Assembly: GCA_965206595.1 (NCBI GenBank)
Contig: OZ242214.1
Coordinates: 896,001-960,000 of the forward strand
Reading direction: 5' to 3'
Length of the DNA stretch: 64,000 nucleotides
Source: Candidatus Latescibacterota bacterium
GTDB taxonomy: Bacteria; Latescibacterota; UBA2968; UBA8231
Shown here: positions 28,114 through 38,103 of the stretch, piece by piece
Numbering within the stretch: position 1 is the stretch's first letter
How the letters are laid out: every line of letters begins with the position of its first letter
Notes under the pieces: generated by a model
Seen by the model: the letters and a program-made list of their open reading frames with translations, nothing else
Databases searched by the model: none
Told to the model about the DNA's origin: nothing
Made by a program: the position numbers and the translations under genes

Positions 28114-30693
28114 ATGAGACCGCGGCGACTGCAGGTGGGGGTGCGGCACCTCCTTGCACTGGGGTCCACCATGTTGGGAGCGCTTTCCACCATGGCAGCT
28201 TCACAACCCTTCACGATCGCGGATCCCGAGTCAGGCGTTGCGCCTGTCGTCATCGCGCCGACCGCGTCAGCTCTCACCCGGACGAACGCGGAAGAGCTTG
28301 CCCGGATCATCGAGCGGATCTGCGGCCATCTCCCCGCCATCACGACGGAAGCGCCGGCGGAACGGGCCATCGTCGTCGGCACGGCAGCAGAGTTTCCGGA
28401 CACGCCTGGAGCGGGGGACCTGAAAGGCCAGGGCCCGGAGGCCTTTCTTTTCAAAAGCACGGCCGAGCGGCTCCACGTCGTCGGCAACAGCGACCTTGGT
28501 GTGCAGGTGGGGATCTTCACGCTGCTGCGAGAGTTGGGCTGTCGCTGGTTCTTCCCCCACGAGGCCTGGACGGTCATCCCCGAGCGGGAGACAGTGCGGA
28601 TCGAGCTCGACCGGACCGAGAGCCCGGACTTCGACTACCGGCGCATCTGGTACGGCTGGGGTGCGCGCACCGAAAAGCTCGCCGCCGACTATTCGGCGTG
28701 GAATCGGCACAACCGGATGCCCGGGTGGTTCGGCATCGCCTGCAGCCACGCGTGGGCCCAGTTCGCCCCGGGCAGCCTCCTCGAGGAGCACCCGGAGTAC
28801 TTCGCGCTCAGAGGCGGCACGCGACAGGGCCATCAGCCCTGCACGACCCATCCGGATGTGATCCGGCTGGCGACCGACCACGTGCTGAGAACCTTCGAAG
28901 AGGAGCCGCAGCGCAACATGGCGCCCTTCGATCCGAACGACAACGGCGAGTTCTGCGAAGGGGACCGCTGCCTGGCGGTCGGCACCGTCAGCGATCGCGT
29001 CTTTCTGTTTGCCAACACGGTTGCCGAGGGCCTTGCTGTCCGGTTCCCCGACAAGTACCTGGGACTGTTGGCCTACGCCTGGCACACCGATCCGCCGTCC
29101 TTCGCGCTGCACCCGAATGTCTACGTGCAGCTCACCAGGGGTCTGCGCCGGACGAAGATGACCTGGGAGGAGCAGATCGAGGCCTGGTCCGACAAGGCCG
29201 GTGCCTTCGGCGTCTACGACTACTTCTCCCTGCACGAGTGGGACGGCAGCATGCCGGGCAAGGCCAAGGGCGGCAACGTCGAATACCTGCGCAGGAACAT
29301 TCCCCACTACCACAGCCTCGGCGCCACTACCCTGGACGGGCAGTCGGGCTGCAACTGGGGTCCCAACGGTCTCGGCTATTACCTGACGGCACAGTTGACG
29401 TGGAATGTCGACGCCGACATCGACGCCGACGTCGACGACTTCTACGCCGCGGCATTCGCCGAGGCCGCGGCGCCGGTGCGGCGGTTCTACGAACGCTGGC
29501 AGGACAGCAACGAGATGAGCGAGAGAACGCTGGTGCTGGCGTACCGGGATCTGGATGCGGCACGCCGGCTGGCCGCAAGTCCCGGTGTCGAGGGGCGCCT
29601 GGATCATCTGATGATGTACCTGCACTGGCTGCGTCTCAAACACGAGTTCGCGATGGCGCGGGATCCGGAGGTGATCCTGCCGCTGGGCCGGGAGCTGATC
29701 CGGTACTCCCGGAGAATCATGGACACGGGCCTCATCCACTCCCAGGCGATCGTCCTCGGCTGGGATTTCTACAAGAGGATTCGCGGCGCCCACGGGTATG
29801 AGAAGGTCACCGAGTTGGAGGGCGTGACCGAGGAGATGGTGGAGAGCTGGAAAACGGAGAGGACCGACATCCCCGCACATGCGGAGATCGTCCGGCTCTT
29901 CGACGAGGGGCTGAAGATCTACGGCGACCGGGAAGTGCCGGAGGAGCTGCCGGCGCGGTGGTCGCGGGACCTCGTTCCGGTTTCGGTTCAGCCGTCGGAG
30001 CCGCTGCTGCAACTGCTGGATGGCCGCGCGGAGTCGCGGTTCTTTTTCGAGAAGGCCCTCCACTACTTTGCCGCCGAGGCCGGGGAATCGCTGGCGCTTC
30101 CCTTCATCGTCTTCCCGGATCATACCCTCGATGGCCATTGGACGCTCAGGAACGCGGAAACCGGCGAAGTTGTGGAGGAAGGTGACGTCCTCGAACAGCA
30201 GAATGAGAGCGCGGAAGTCAGGCTGCGGACTCCGCGCAAGGGCCTCTACGTGCTCGACCCGGGGGCCGGCTACAAGAAGGGCGGCCGGCTCGGATTCGGC
30301 CGTCGGCACATGGTGGTGGAGGCGTCCCCACGGAGCGAATTCACGACCCTGTACCCGGGGACTCCCCCCGAGGTCGAACCGCTGTTCTTCTTCGTGCCGC
30401 AAGACACCGAAATGTTCGTGCTTCGCGTCCACGCTTCCACCAGCCACGAAAGCGACGTTCGCTTTTTCGGACCGGACGGCAGGCTCGTTTCCGAACACCT
30501 CAGGCTGGTAACCGGCGCGGACCTTTCCCTGCCCGTTGATGTCCCGGTAACCGTGCCGGCAGGAGACCACGGGATCTGGGCCTTCACCATCAGCCGCAGT
30601 CCCCGTGCCACCGTCCAACTGCGCGGGGTTCCTCCCTATCTCGCCCGCCATCCGCATGAGCTGCTCATACCGGGGGATGCGCTCGTTCGCTGA
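28114..30693 (+). CDS. DUF4838-domain secreted protein
   Basis: AEEL...GPEAF...LGCRWFFP, HPEYFAL...QPCTTHPDV, LAYAWHTDPP, QLTWNVDAD motifs; start approximate. Confidence 0.75.
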   Translation: MRPRRLQVGVRHLLALGSTMLGALSTMAASQPFTIADPESGVAPVVIAPTASALTRTNAEELARIIERICGHLPAITTEAPAERAIVVGTAAEFPDTPGAGDLKGQGPEAFLFKSTAERLHVVGNSDLGVQVGIFTLLRELGCRWFFPHEAWTVIPERETVRIELDRTESPDFDYRRIWYGWGARTEKLAADYSAWNRHNRMPGWFGIACSHAWAQFAPGSLLEEHPEYFALRGGTRQGHQPCTTHPDVIRLATDHVLRTFEEEPQRNMAPFDPNDNGEFCEGDRCLAVGTVSDRVFLFANTVAEGLAVRFPDKYLGLLAYAWHTDPPSFALHPNVYVQLTRGLRRTKMTWEEQIEAWSDKAGAFGVYDYFSLHEWDGSMPGKAKGGNVEYLRRNIPHYHSLGATTLDGQSGCNWGPNGLGYYLTAQLTWNVDADIDADVDDFYAAAFAEAAAPVRRFYERWQDSNEMSERTLVLAYRDLDAARRLAASPGVEGRLDHLMMYLHWLRLKHEFAMARDPEVILPLGRELIRYSRRIMDTGLIHSQAIVLGWDFYKRIRGAHGYEKVTELEGVTEEMVESWKTERTDIPAHAEIVRLFDEGLKIYGDREVPEELPARWSRDLVPVSVQPSEPLLQLLDGRAESRFFFEKALHYFAAEAGESLALPFIVFPDHTLDGHWTLRNAETGEVVEEGDVLEQQNESAEVRLRTPRKGLYVLDPGAGYKKGGRLGFGRRHMVVEASPRSEFTTLYPGTPPEVEPLFFFVPQDTEMFVLRVHASTSHESDVRFFGPDGRLVSEHLRLVTGADLSLPVDVPVTVPAGDHGIWAFTISRSPRATVQLRGVPPYLARHPHELLIPGDALVR

Positions 30694-30870
30694 CCCCTCG
30701 GCAACCGAAGCGCCACCTACCGGCAAACCGATTCGGCGAGGCCTTGCCGCCGATGCCCCTACCCGAATGCGATGATGTGTTGGCGAAAGGCGGAGTGGAT
30801 TGGAGGGGAGGCCGATCGGCGTTCAACCGGGCCGGTTGATCCGGAGTCTCCGGAGGCAGTGGTCGAGAGG

Positions 30871-31578
30871 TCAACCGGACACGGAAAAGAGCCGGTTGTT
30901 GGCCGGCAATCTCAGTACGTGCGAATAGTGATGAATCTCCTCGCTTCCCACGTCAGTCGGCACCTCGAGGACGAACTCGGCGAAGTGCGGGGCATTGAAT
31001 GCGACGAAGGCCAGTGAGATCCCATCGGCTTGCCGTTCGCGCCGTGTACTCAGGTCGGGAAAGGCTACAGGTCCGGTATCCACCTGGTAGGCGCTCCGCT
31101 CGCGGTTGGTGTTCATCGACTTGACCGGGTACTCGATGATCGCCCGAAGCCCGGTCTCGTCGTTTGAGATTTCAGTCTGCGCGACGAGCGGATCGCCAGC
31201 GTAGGTCGCGGCGCAGATCGCCCGGCCATCCTCGAGCTCGACAACTTCGCCGCCTGCGACCAGGAGGTACTTCTGTCCACCGAAGAAGTCGCGCGACGGC
31301 ACGCAGCTCCTGTAGTGCTCGTGCGAGTGCGCCAGGCGCCGGAAGACGATGGATTGGTCCGGTCCGTAGATCGCCATGAAATCGTAGTTGGGCTCCTTGA
31401 AAAGATTCCGTTCGACAAAGACCTCCTCGCTCTTGCAGGAGCCGGTCTGGACGTAGTCTTCGCTCACGCCTGTGCTTTCGTCCGTGATCCGCGTGCGGGA
31501 TTCCACCCACATGCGTACTTCGTTGCCCGGTCCCTTGCCGAGCACGAACGAATGGCCGTAGTCCAGTGGTCTCATCAC
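30871..31578 (-). CDS. Hypothetical protein
   Basis: 235 aa coding-like frame with AAGGA upstream; no family recognised. Confidence 0.7.
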   Translation of the reverse strand: MMRPLDYGHSFVLGKGPGNEVRMWVESRTRITDESTGVSEDYVQTGSCKSEEVFVERNLFKEPNYDFMAIYGPDQSIVFRRLAHSHEHYRSCVPSRDFFGGQKYLLVAGGEVVELEDGRAICAATYAGDPLVAQTEISNDETGLRAIIEYPVKSMNTNRERSAYQVDTGPVAFPDLSTRRERQADGISLAFVAFNAPHFAEFVLEVPTDVGSEEIHHYSHVLRLPANNRLFSVSG

Positions 31579-31646
31579 ATGTCCTTATGGTTTTTGGAAC
31601 CGCTATGCAATTTCGGCCGGGAGGACGGTGTCGACGATTCCGCAGG

Positions 31647-32960
31647 TCAATATCCGACCCGCCGCTGCCACTGTGGCCAACTGACGGAATCGCGATCGAT
31701 TTCGGCCTTGAAGGGGATTTCGTACAGGTGTACGGCAAACGGCGCGAATGAATCAACGAACACGCCTTCCTCGACATCGAGCAGACGGTTCTCGAAGCGC
31801 ACGGCCGTGTGGTCCGCAAGACCGCTATCGGGCAGAGGCAGCGTGAAGCGGGCCTTAACCGGCTCGTCGAGGCCGTTGACGGCGATCAGGAAGTAACCGC
31901 TCGCTGTCTCCCGCAGGGACAGGTGCAGGGGGTTGTATGCCAGCTTCTCCGCATGCATGTCGGTTTTGATCTCGTCGACGTCGCCGGGGCCCTCGATGAT
32001 TTCCACCTCGAGTGGCTCGCTCACCTCCGGTGTCACCAGGTAAGGCGCGAGGGTGCGCAGTTCCGCGGTCAGGTCCGCCCACTGCGCCCAGTAGCCAGGC
32101 GACGATTCGTTCACCCACCACTCCTCGTCGCCGGTCCCGTAGTGGAAGCTGAAGTAGGCGACGCCGCTGATGCCGTGCGCGACGGCCATGTAGGTCATGC
32201 AGCGGACCTCCGTCATGGTCGGGGGCCGATCCCCTTCTCCCCCCTGAATCGGTGCCATCTGCACGTACATCCATCCGAGCTTGCCTTCTGTACCAGCACC
32301 GGCACCCTTGACGACGGCGTCGGAGAATTGTGCCATGTGGGTCAGCGGAAACAGTGGAACGGGATAGACGTCGTCGGAGTGGATGTCGGCCACATGCCGG
32401 TATTCGCGGTGGTCCTTCTCATATCCGTAGGCCAGGTTGAGCCACACCGGATGGTCGGGATCCAGCCTCCTGATCAACTCGTATGCCGGCAGAAGCTCTT
32501 CCGGCGGCATCGTGTAAGGCAGATCGAGATGCGGCTTGCCTTCGTCACCCGGTCCGGGGTTGCGGATATTCGGCTCGTCTTCCAGATCCCAAACCAGCAG
32601 GCCCGGAGCATCGCGACATGCCAGCACGATCTGTTCGACCTGCTCGAGGTTGCGGCAGATGCCGTTGCCCAGATGAACCGCCGCGTACATGCCGTTGGCG
32701 AAGGCGTCGTCGACGTCGGCGCGAAAGCTTTCGGGGTCGGCTCGGAGCCCGTGGGTGTTGACCATGTTGAAGCCTTGTTCTCCCGCCTCGGGCAGAGAGA
32801 AATGCCAGTGCGCCGCCCAGGCGATGCTGATCGGGAAGAAAGGCAACCCGTTCACGTAGAGGCCCTCGTCCCGGATTTCGACCCGCTCGACCGGTGGGGG
32901 TGGTTTTCCCCACGCGGAAACGCTCAATACCACGACAAGCCCCGCCCGCATGAGCACCAT
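31647..32960 (-). CDS. Secreted glycoside-hydrolase-like TIM-barrel protein
   Basis: AGGAGG RBS; VNGLPFFP, GFNMV, WDLEDEP, DPDHPVW, DVYP, RCMTYMAVAHGISGVAYF. Confidence 0.75.
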   Translation of the reverse strand: MVLMRAGLVVVLSVSAWGKPPPPVERVEIRDEGLYVNGLPFFPISIAWAAHWHFSLPEAGEQGFNMVNTHGLRADPESFRADVDDAFANGMYAAVHLGNGICRNLEQVEQIVLACRDAPGLLVWDLEDEPNIRNPGPGDEGKPHLDLPYTMPPEELLPAYELIRRLDPDHPVWLNLAYGYEKDHREYRHVADIHSDDVYPVPLFPLTHMAQFSDAVVKGAGAGTEGKLGWMYVQMAPIQGGEGDRPPTMTEVRCMTYMAVAHGISGVAYFSFHYGTGDEEWWVNESSPGYWAQWADLTAELRTLAPYLVTPEVSEPLEVEIIEGPGDVDEIKTDMHAEKLAYNPLHLSLRETASGYFLIAVNGLDEPVKARFTLPLPDSGLADHTAVRFENRLLDVEEGVFVDSFAPFAVHLYEIPFKAEIDRDSVSWPQWQRRVGY

Positions 32961-33153
32961 ATCCATGACCTCCTGCTCCAGGATTGCGAGAACTGCTGAT
33001 TGGCCATACTGACGTGTCCGATACTCACCCGATAGACGAAATCGTTGGCGGCGTCCCCTTTCCCCGAACCGGCCTGCTTGGGGCAGAGCCAAGTTTCATG
33101 CCGCGACACCGACATGCCTCGGCAGTCCGGGACGCAGGCTCGCCGGTACCCGC

Positions 33154-34800
33154 TCACGCCTTCGGTACCACGAAGACTTCCACTTCCTCGATGACGATGT
33201 CTCCATCTGCCTCCGGGTCGGCGGCGACCAGCTCGACCAGCAGCTCGTTCCAGCCCCAGACCGCCGGGGGAGCGCTAAGCGCCATCCAGCAGGTCGCAAA
33301 CGGAGGATCGGGGGCGGGCTGAAAGCTCTCGGCCACTTCCCGCGAATACCCCTGGCGCATTTGTGCTGAGACCATGTTTTGGTCGAGGGGCTCACGAAAA
33401 TCGACGCGCGCCTCGTTGTCGCGTATCCGCAGGTCGGCGGCGGGTATCGGGGTGCCGTTGACGGCCACCTTCAGGTGATCGCGGAGCGTCATGTGGGCGC
33501 AGCGGAAGAGCAGCATGGCGGCCTTGGCCTCGTGCAGATTTTCGCGAATGGAGAAGCGATAGACCCCCGCCGACGAAAGCGAAGTCCGGTGGAGAACGAC
33601 GCGCTGCGCCTTGACGGCACCCGTGGAGGTGCGGTCCCGCCCGAATCCCATGTACCCTCCCCAGGTGGCGTCGAATATGTAGTGCCGGCGAGCCTGGAGG
33701 ACCCGTTCGGGCTTCAGGTCGCAGGCATCGAACAGCGCAAAAGGGTAAAAGGGTGGGTGTGCGTCACCCCAGTCGTGGCCACCATGCATGTACTCGAAGT
33801 GGTTGTACAAAGAGACCCCGTCCGCCCCGGCTCCGTACATGTTCTGGGCGAGGGCGCGCCGGGTATCATGGGAAATAGGCTCCTGCTTGAGACGGCGGCG
33901 GGCCCCGACGCTGGTCCAGGGCATTATTCCGGGGTAGAGCATGCAGTCGAATGACCGGGTGAGCTCGGCGAACTCCTCGTAGGCGACGTTGAAATCGGCG
34001 TGCATGGTGTCCTGAGGCGAGATGTAGTCGACCGTCGCTCCGCGAATCCATTCCTCGACGTCGAGGCCCATGTTGCGGCATTCCTCCAGCGAGGAAAACA
34101 CGCGCGCCCCGAACACCCTCGGCTTGCCCGAGTGCCGGGAAGGTTCGTCGAGGGCGGCGCGGATCCGCCCCAGCATGCTGGTCATCAGATCGCGGCGGTC
34201 GTTCCCGGTGTCCGGTGGAAAGTAGCGGTGGTCGCGGTAGCAGAGCTCCACCCCGTCGACGGGGAAGCGCCGCGCCACTTCGGTCACCACCGAGACCATG
34301 AAGTCACGTACCTCGTCATGGGTAAAGTCCAGGGGCGTGCTCTCTCGATAATGTTCTCCCTCCGGCGGAGATTCCGCGATCAGGAACCGGGGGTTGTCGA
34401 CGATGAAGCCTGCCCCGGCCCCGACCCCCTGGGCCGTTGAGACGGCGCCGTGGTTGTCGTTGACGCGAAAACCGGCGAAGCACTCGATGCCGCGGCGGTG
34501 GCATTGATCGACGAGGATCTCGAAGGGCTGCACCCCGGAGTCGAGCAAGGGCAGGAATCGCCTGTGTTGTGGCCGCGCGTCGTACTCGAAAGCGTCTCCG
34601 CGCCAGTACACCGACCATCCCTGGGTATAAACCTCCTGGACGAACGTATCGATTTCGGCGGCCGCGACGGCGTCGATCCAACCTCTCAGATCCTCTTCGC
34701 GAACCGGATCCGGGAGGTACCGGGAGGCGACGCTGGAAGGGTCGCTGACGTACAGGATGCGGCGGCTGCCGCGCGGTTTCAAACCATCGGAACTCGTCAT
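33154..34800 (-). CDS. Glycosyl hydrolase-like family 10 (GHL10/DUF187-type) protein
   Basis: CHRRGIECFAGFRVNDNH, LDFTHDEVRD, DGVELCY, GLDVEEW, GADGVSLYN. Confidence 0.7.
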   Translation of the reverse strand: MTSSDGLKPRGSRRILYVSDPSSVASRYLPDPVREEDLRGWIDAVAAAEIDTFVQEVYTQGWSVYWRGDAFEYDARPQHRRFLPLLDSGVQPFEILVDQCHRRGIECFAGFRVNDNHGAVSTAQGVGAGAGFIVDNPRFLIAESPPEGEHYRESTPLDFTHDEVRDFMVSVVTEVARRFPVDGVELCYRDHRYFPPDTGNDRRDLMTSMLGRIRAALDEPSRHSGKPRVFGARVFSSLEECRNMGLDVEEWIRGATVDYISPQDTMHADFNVAYEEFAELTRSFDCMLYPGIMPWTSVGARRRLKQEPISHDTRRALAQNMYGAGADGVSLYNHFEYMHGGHDWGDAHPPFYPFALFDACDLKPERVLQARRHYIFDATWGGYMGFGRDRTSTGAVKAQRVVLHRTSLSSAGVYRFSIRENLHEAKAAMLLFRCAHMTLRDHLKVAVNGTPIPAADLRIRDNEARVDFREPLDQNMVSAQMRQGYSREVAESFQPAPDPPFATCWMALSAPPAVWGWNELLVELVAADPEADGDIVIEEVEVFVVPKA

Positions 34801-34847
34801 TCTTCCAACCTCCTAAGGGACAAATGATCCTGCTTGCGAAAAAGCTG

Positions 34848-36797
34848 TCAAAACGTCATCACCGGGTTGAAGCTTCCGCCCACCAGGTAGTCAATCCCGT
34901 ACCAGACGCCCGCAGTGACGAACTGGCCTAGAATAAGCCCCATGAAGAAGGGGCGGCTGTGCAGGTAGAGTTGGATTCCACCGTATTTCATCACCACGGA
35001 CTTGATGGCCCAGGCCAGGAAGACGCTGAAGAACATGGTGCCGAAAACGGCGCTGGTGGGAAAGCCCAGCGGGTGGATGGGCCACCAGGAAAAGCGCTGG
35101 CGGCCCAGCATCAGCAGGCCCATGACGGTGGCGCCGATGGCGGTGTAGCCCCAGTTCTGCCAGTGAGGACCCTCGATGGTCTCGAGTCGGGCGGCGGCGA
35201 TCTGGAAGGGGAGTTGGGCCGACCCGAGGAAAAACACGTCCGCGTTGACGCCGCCGTAACGGTAGCTCAACTCGAGGATCGCCCAGACCGAGCTGCACAG
35301 GGTCACCACGATCGCCACCAGCATTGCCCAGAAGATCAGGCGCATGCCCTTGCGTATGGTTTCGGCGGCGAGTTTCAGGGCATTTGCAGAGGAGGCCATG
35401 ACGAAGGTCAGAATATCGCTCGCCCACACGTAGGTGAAGGCGAAAGCCATGATGCCGGAAGCACCCAGGACACGAGTGCCGAAGCCGGCGGTGACGAAGT
35501 CGGAGGCGATCATCGGGGCGAAAATGAAGGCCAGCCCCCCTTCGGCGACCACGCGGGTGATGCCGATGAAGAGAACGAAGGCGAACAAAAGGTAGATCGG
35601 CGTAACCCAGCCCGGCAGCCCCGACTGCCACAACCAGACGCCGACGAAGAGCAGGCTGCCGATCAGCAGGAGTACGGCTGCCCGGTAGGAGAGGATCTCC
35701 TCCGAGTCGTCGACTTCGCTTGCAGAAGAAAGGGCCTTGCCGAAAACCTGGCGCAGGTGGCCGCGGGCCGTCCACAGGCCGAACAGGACGAGCATGATGA
35801 CGGCGCCGAAGCCCTGGTGCACGACGATGCTGCCGGTGTAGGCGCTGTAGTTGCCCAGGAGCGGATCGAATTCCTGAACGCCGAGCACGTTGAGGACGCC
35901 CTGCTCGACGGTGTTGAGCAGGTAGAAGAAGCAGAGGCCGAACGCTATCTCCCTGTTGATGAAGTAGGAGAAGCCGAGCATCTGGAAACTCACGTTCAGG
36001 GGCACGTGCACCGAGTCGCGGAAAAGCCCAATCGAGCCGCCGTACAGGGTGGCGGACGGGATGCTGGGGATGTAGTGATTGAGGCCGTTGAGGCTCTGGA
36101 GGATGGCGGGGACGGCGAAGCCCGCCCACATCACCGGATTCTTGAAGAAGGGCCTGATGATGCCAGGTCTCTCGTCGTCGTCCTGAATCATGGCGATGGG
36201 CAACTGCACCAGGGGATAGACGAGCCGCTCGCGCTCGACCCACTGCCTGCGCAGGATGACGGTGATGCAGATCATGGCCAGGTACACGGCGATGATGAAG
36301 GACAGCCAGTAAAGCAGGGGAGGCAGCCACATCCCCCACGGTATGCCGCGTCCGAGGGGACCCCCTTCGTAAAAACCCTTGACATCCGCGAATTCGGTGG
36401 AGGGCATGATCCAGTCGGGAATGTGTGGCAAAAGCAGTTCACCCCAGTTGTTTTCTGGAGTAGCGTAGTAGATGACACCGGTGATGTCGGGGAGCAGGAA
36501 GGCAGTGAATCCCCACTCTGGAATGGCGGTGGCGACGATCCACATGATATAGACGAGGGCGAGTTCGGCCCGACTCAACATCCAGGAACGGCGCAGCAGG
36601 CCCAGGAAGGGGTTGAAGAACAGAACCAGGAAGAAAAAGAGGATGATGGCGGCGGGGGTGTTGAAGTAGGAGGCGATGCGGGAGCCGTGGAGCACCATGT
36701 TGCAATAGGGCACCGCGCTGCCGATGGCCGCCGCTCCCAGGGCGCCGAGGATCAAGGCGCGACAGGTAGGTTTGAGGGAGGGGGTTTTCGTGTTCAG
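34848..36797 (-). CDS. DUF6785/DUF6784-type polytopic membrane protein, paralogue 2
   Basis: YYATPENNW, RRQWVERERLVYP, WWPIHPLGF, PFFMGLILGQ. The track start is TTG 36755; the frame extends to an in-frame CTG at 36797 preceded by GAGG. Confidence 0.8.
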   Translation of the reverse strand: MNTKTPSLKPTCRALILGALGAAAIGSAVPYCNMVLHGSRIASYFNTPAAIILFFFLVLFFNPFLGLLRRSWMLSRAELALVYIMWIVATAIPEWGFTAFLLPDITGVIYYATPENNWGELLLPHIPDWIMPSTEFADVKGFYEGGPLGRGIPWGMWLPPLLYWLSFIIAVYLAMICITVILRRQWVERERLVYPLVQLPIAMIQDDDERPGIIRPFFKNPVMWAGFAVPAILQSLNGLNHYIPSIPSATLYGGSIGLFRDSVHVPLNVSFQMLGFSYFINREIAFGLCFFYLLNTVEQGVLNVLGVQEFDPLLGNYSAYTGSIVVHQGFGAVIMLVLFGLWTARGHLRQVFGKALSSASEVDDSEEILSYRAAVLLLIGSLLFVGVWLWQSGLPGWVTPIYLLFAFVLFIGITRVVAEGGLAFIFAPMIASDFVTAGFGTRVLGASGIMAFAFTYVWASDILTFVMASSANALKLAAETIRKGMRLIFWAMLVAIVVTLCSSVWAILELSYRYGGVNADVFFLGSAQLPFQIAAARLETIEGPHWQNWGYTAIGATVMGLLMLGRQRFSWWPIHPLGFPTSAVFGTMFFSVFLAWAIKSVVMKYGGIQLYLHSRPFFMGLILGQFVTAGVWYGIDYLVGGSFNPVMTF

Positions 36798-36973
36798 GAC
36801 GGGCCTCGGGCAGGAAGGATGGCCGCGGAAGGGCGTGGAGGGTACCCGGATTGGTGGAAACTGTCAACGAATCCCCCCCTCGCCAGGGGGCGATTCTCAA
36901 AGAAGCTTCGATAATTGCCGTATCTCATTGTAGAATAACACATTACGAGTATATCCCGGTATGGAAATTGTTC

Positions 36974-37003
36974 TTGACACGCAAGCTTGGATTAACGTAT
37001 GGT
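36974..37003 (+). promoter_or_regulatory. Putative sigma70 promoter for the 37101 gene / locus 2
   Basis: TTGACA (36974-79), 18-bp spacer, TATGGT (36998-37003) in an AT-rich divergent intergenic region. Confidence 0.5.
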
Positions 37004-37100
37004 ATGATATACATCCCCTGCAGACTGCAGGTGTACACAAGTGTAGTAAATCGCACACTCTCTTGTAGTAACACACTTTCTCCCAAGGAGGATTGGAACC

Positions 37101-37976
37101 ATGCGAAAGCTACTTTTTCTGCCGCTGGCGGTGGCCATAATGGCCATACCGGCGTCTGCACACCAAGGCTCCGGCCCGTTTCTGGCCGTTCAGTTTCCCG
37201 ACGATGGGTTGCCCACGATCGATGGGGACATAGGCGAGTGGCAAGCGCTTCCCGATTATTTCCAGGTTCTGATCGAGGATGGTAATGGGCCCCCAGCCGA
37301 CTGGAACACTGAAATCGACAAGGCGGACCTGGACTTTGGTTATTGGGGGGGCTACAACGCCAGCAACGATAAGTTGTACGCGGCCGCCTGGGCGTTCGAC
37401 GACATTCACGTGAGAGATGACCCCGACGGCACGGACTGCGCCTGTAATGACGACAGCTACGAGTTCTTCACGGACGCCGATCACAGTGTCGACACTGGCG
37501 GGGACTACGGTATCGGCTGGTGGAATATCACGTGGCCTCCAGTGAATGGTGTGTCCCATGCTGGCGGCGGAGGACCCGGGTTCAATCATGATCCGGAGTA
37601 CTTGAATTACGCCGTCACTTTCGAGGGCGAGGAGTTCGGCGAGAGCACTTATTACTACGAAGTGGAATTCGCTCCTTTTGACGTATTGACGAAGGATGCC
37701 GACGGAAACGACAACGGCTCTGTCCAGTCCACGCTCGATCCGGGCGAGACCATCCATTGGGAGATGATCATGACGGACGACGACGCCGAATTGAGCGACC
37801 GAGCCGAGCAGTACCCCAATGGCCGGTGGAAGAACGACGGCTGGTGGTCCCTCGGAGTAGGAGCTGCCCACAGCGATACAGCTCCTGACTGGGAGCTGGA
37901 CACCGATGTCACCAGCGCCATGGCCACGGCGGTGGAGAGCAAGACCTGGGGCCGCTTGAAGTCCCGGTTTCGCTAG
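37101..37976 (+). CDS. Secreted acidic CBM9/DOMON-like protein with C-terminal TAVExxTWGxxK motif
   Basis: AAGGAGG RBS; signal peptide; PTIDGDIGEW, DDSYEFFTDADHS; ends ATAVESKTWGRLKSRFR. Confidence 0.8.
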   Translation: MRKLLFLPLAVAIMAIPASAHQGSGPFLAVQFPDDGLPTIDGDIGEWQALPDYFQVLIEDGNGPPADWNTEIDKADLDFGYWGGYNASNDKLYAAAWAFDDIHVRDDPDGTDCACNDDSYEFFTDADHSVDTGGDYGIGWWNITWPPVNGVSHAGGGGPGFNHDPEYLNYAVTFEGEEFGESTYYYEVEFAPFDVLTKDADGNDNGSVQSTLDPGETIHWEMIMTDDDAELSDRAEQYPNGRWKNDGWWSLGVGAAHSDTAPDWELDTDVTSAMATAVESKTWGRLKSRFR

Positions 37977-37982
37977 TCTTCG

Positions 37983-38022
37983 GATTGAGGCCGATCAATA
38001 CGATCAGGCGCAATCTTTTTTT
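37983..38022 (+). terminator. Possible intrinsic terminator 1 (imperfect hairpin + T run)
   Basis: GATTGAGGCCGATC-aatac-GATCAGGCGCAATC followed by TTTTTTT. Confidence 0.5.
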
Positions 38023-38032
38023 GAGGATACTG

Positions 38033-38072
38033 AACGAGGGAGGGGTTGCATTACCTCCCTCGTTTTTCTTTT
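38033..38072 (+). terminator. Intrinsic terminator 2
   Basis: Perfect 11-bp stem AACGAGGGAGG / CCTCCCTCGTT followed by TTTCTTTT. Confidence 0.7.
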
Positions 38073-38103
38073 CACGCCCTGACAGAGAGTCGGGAGACCT
38101 CAT

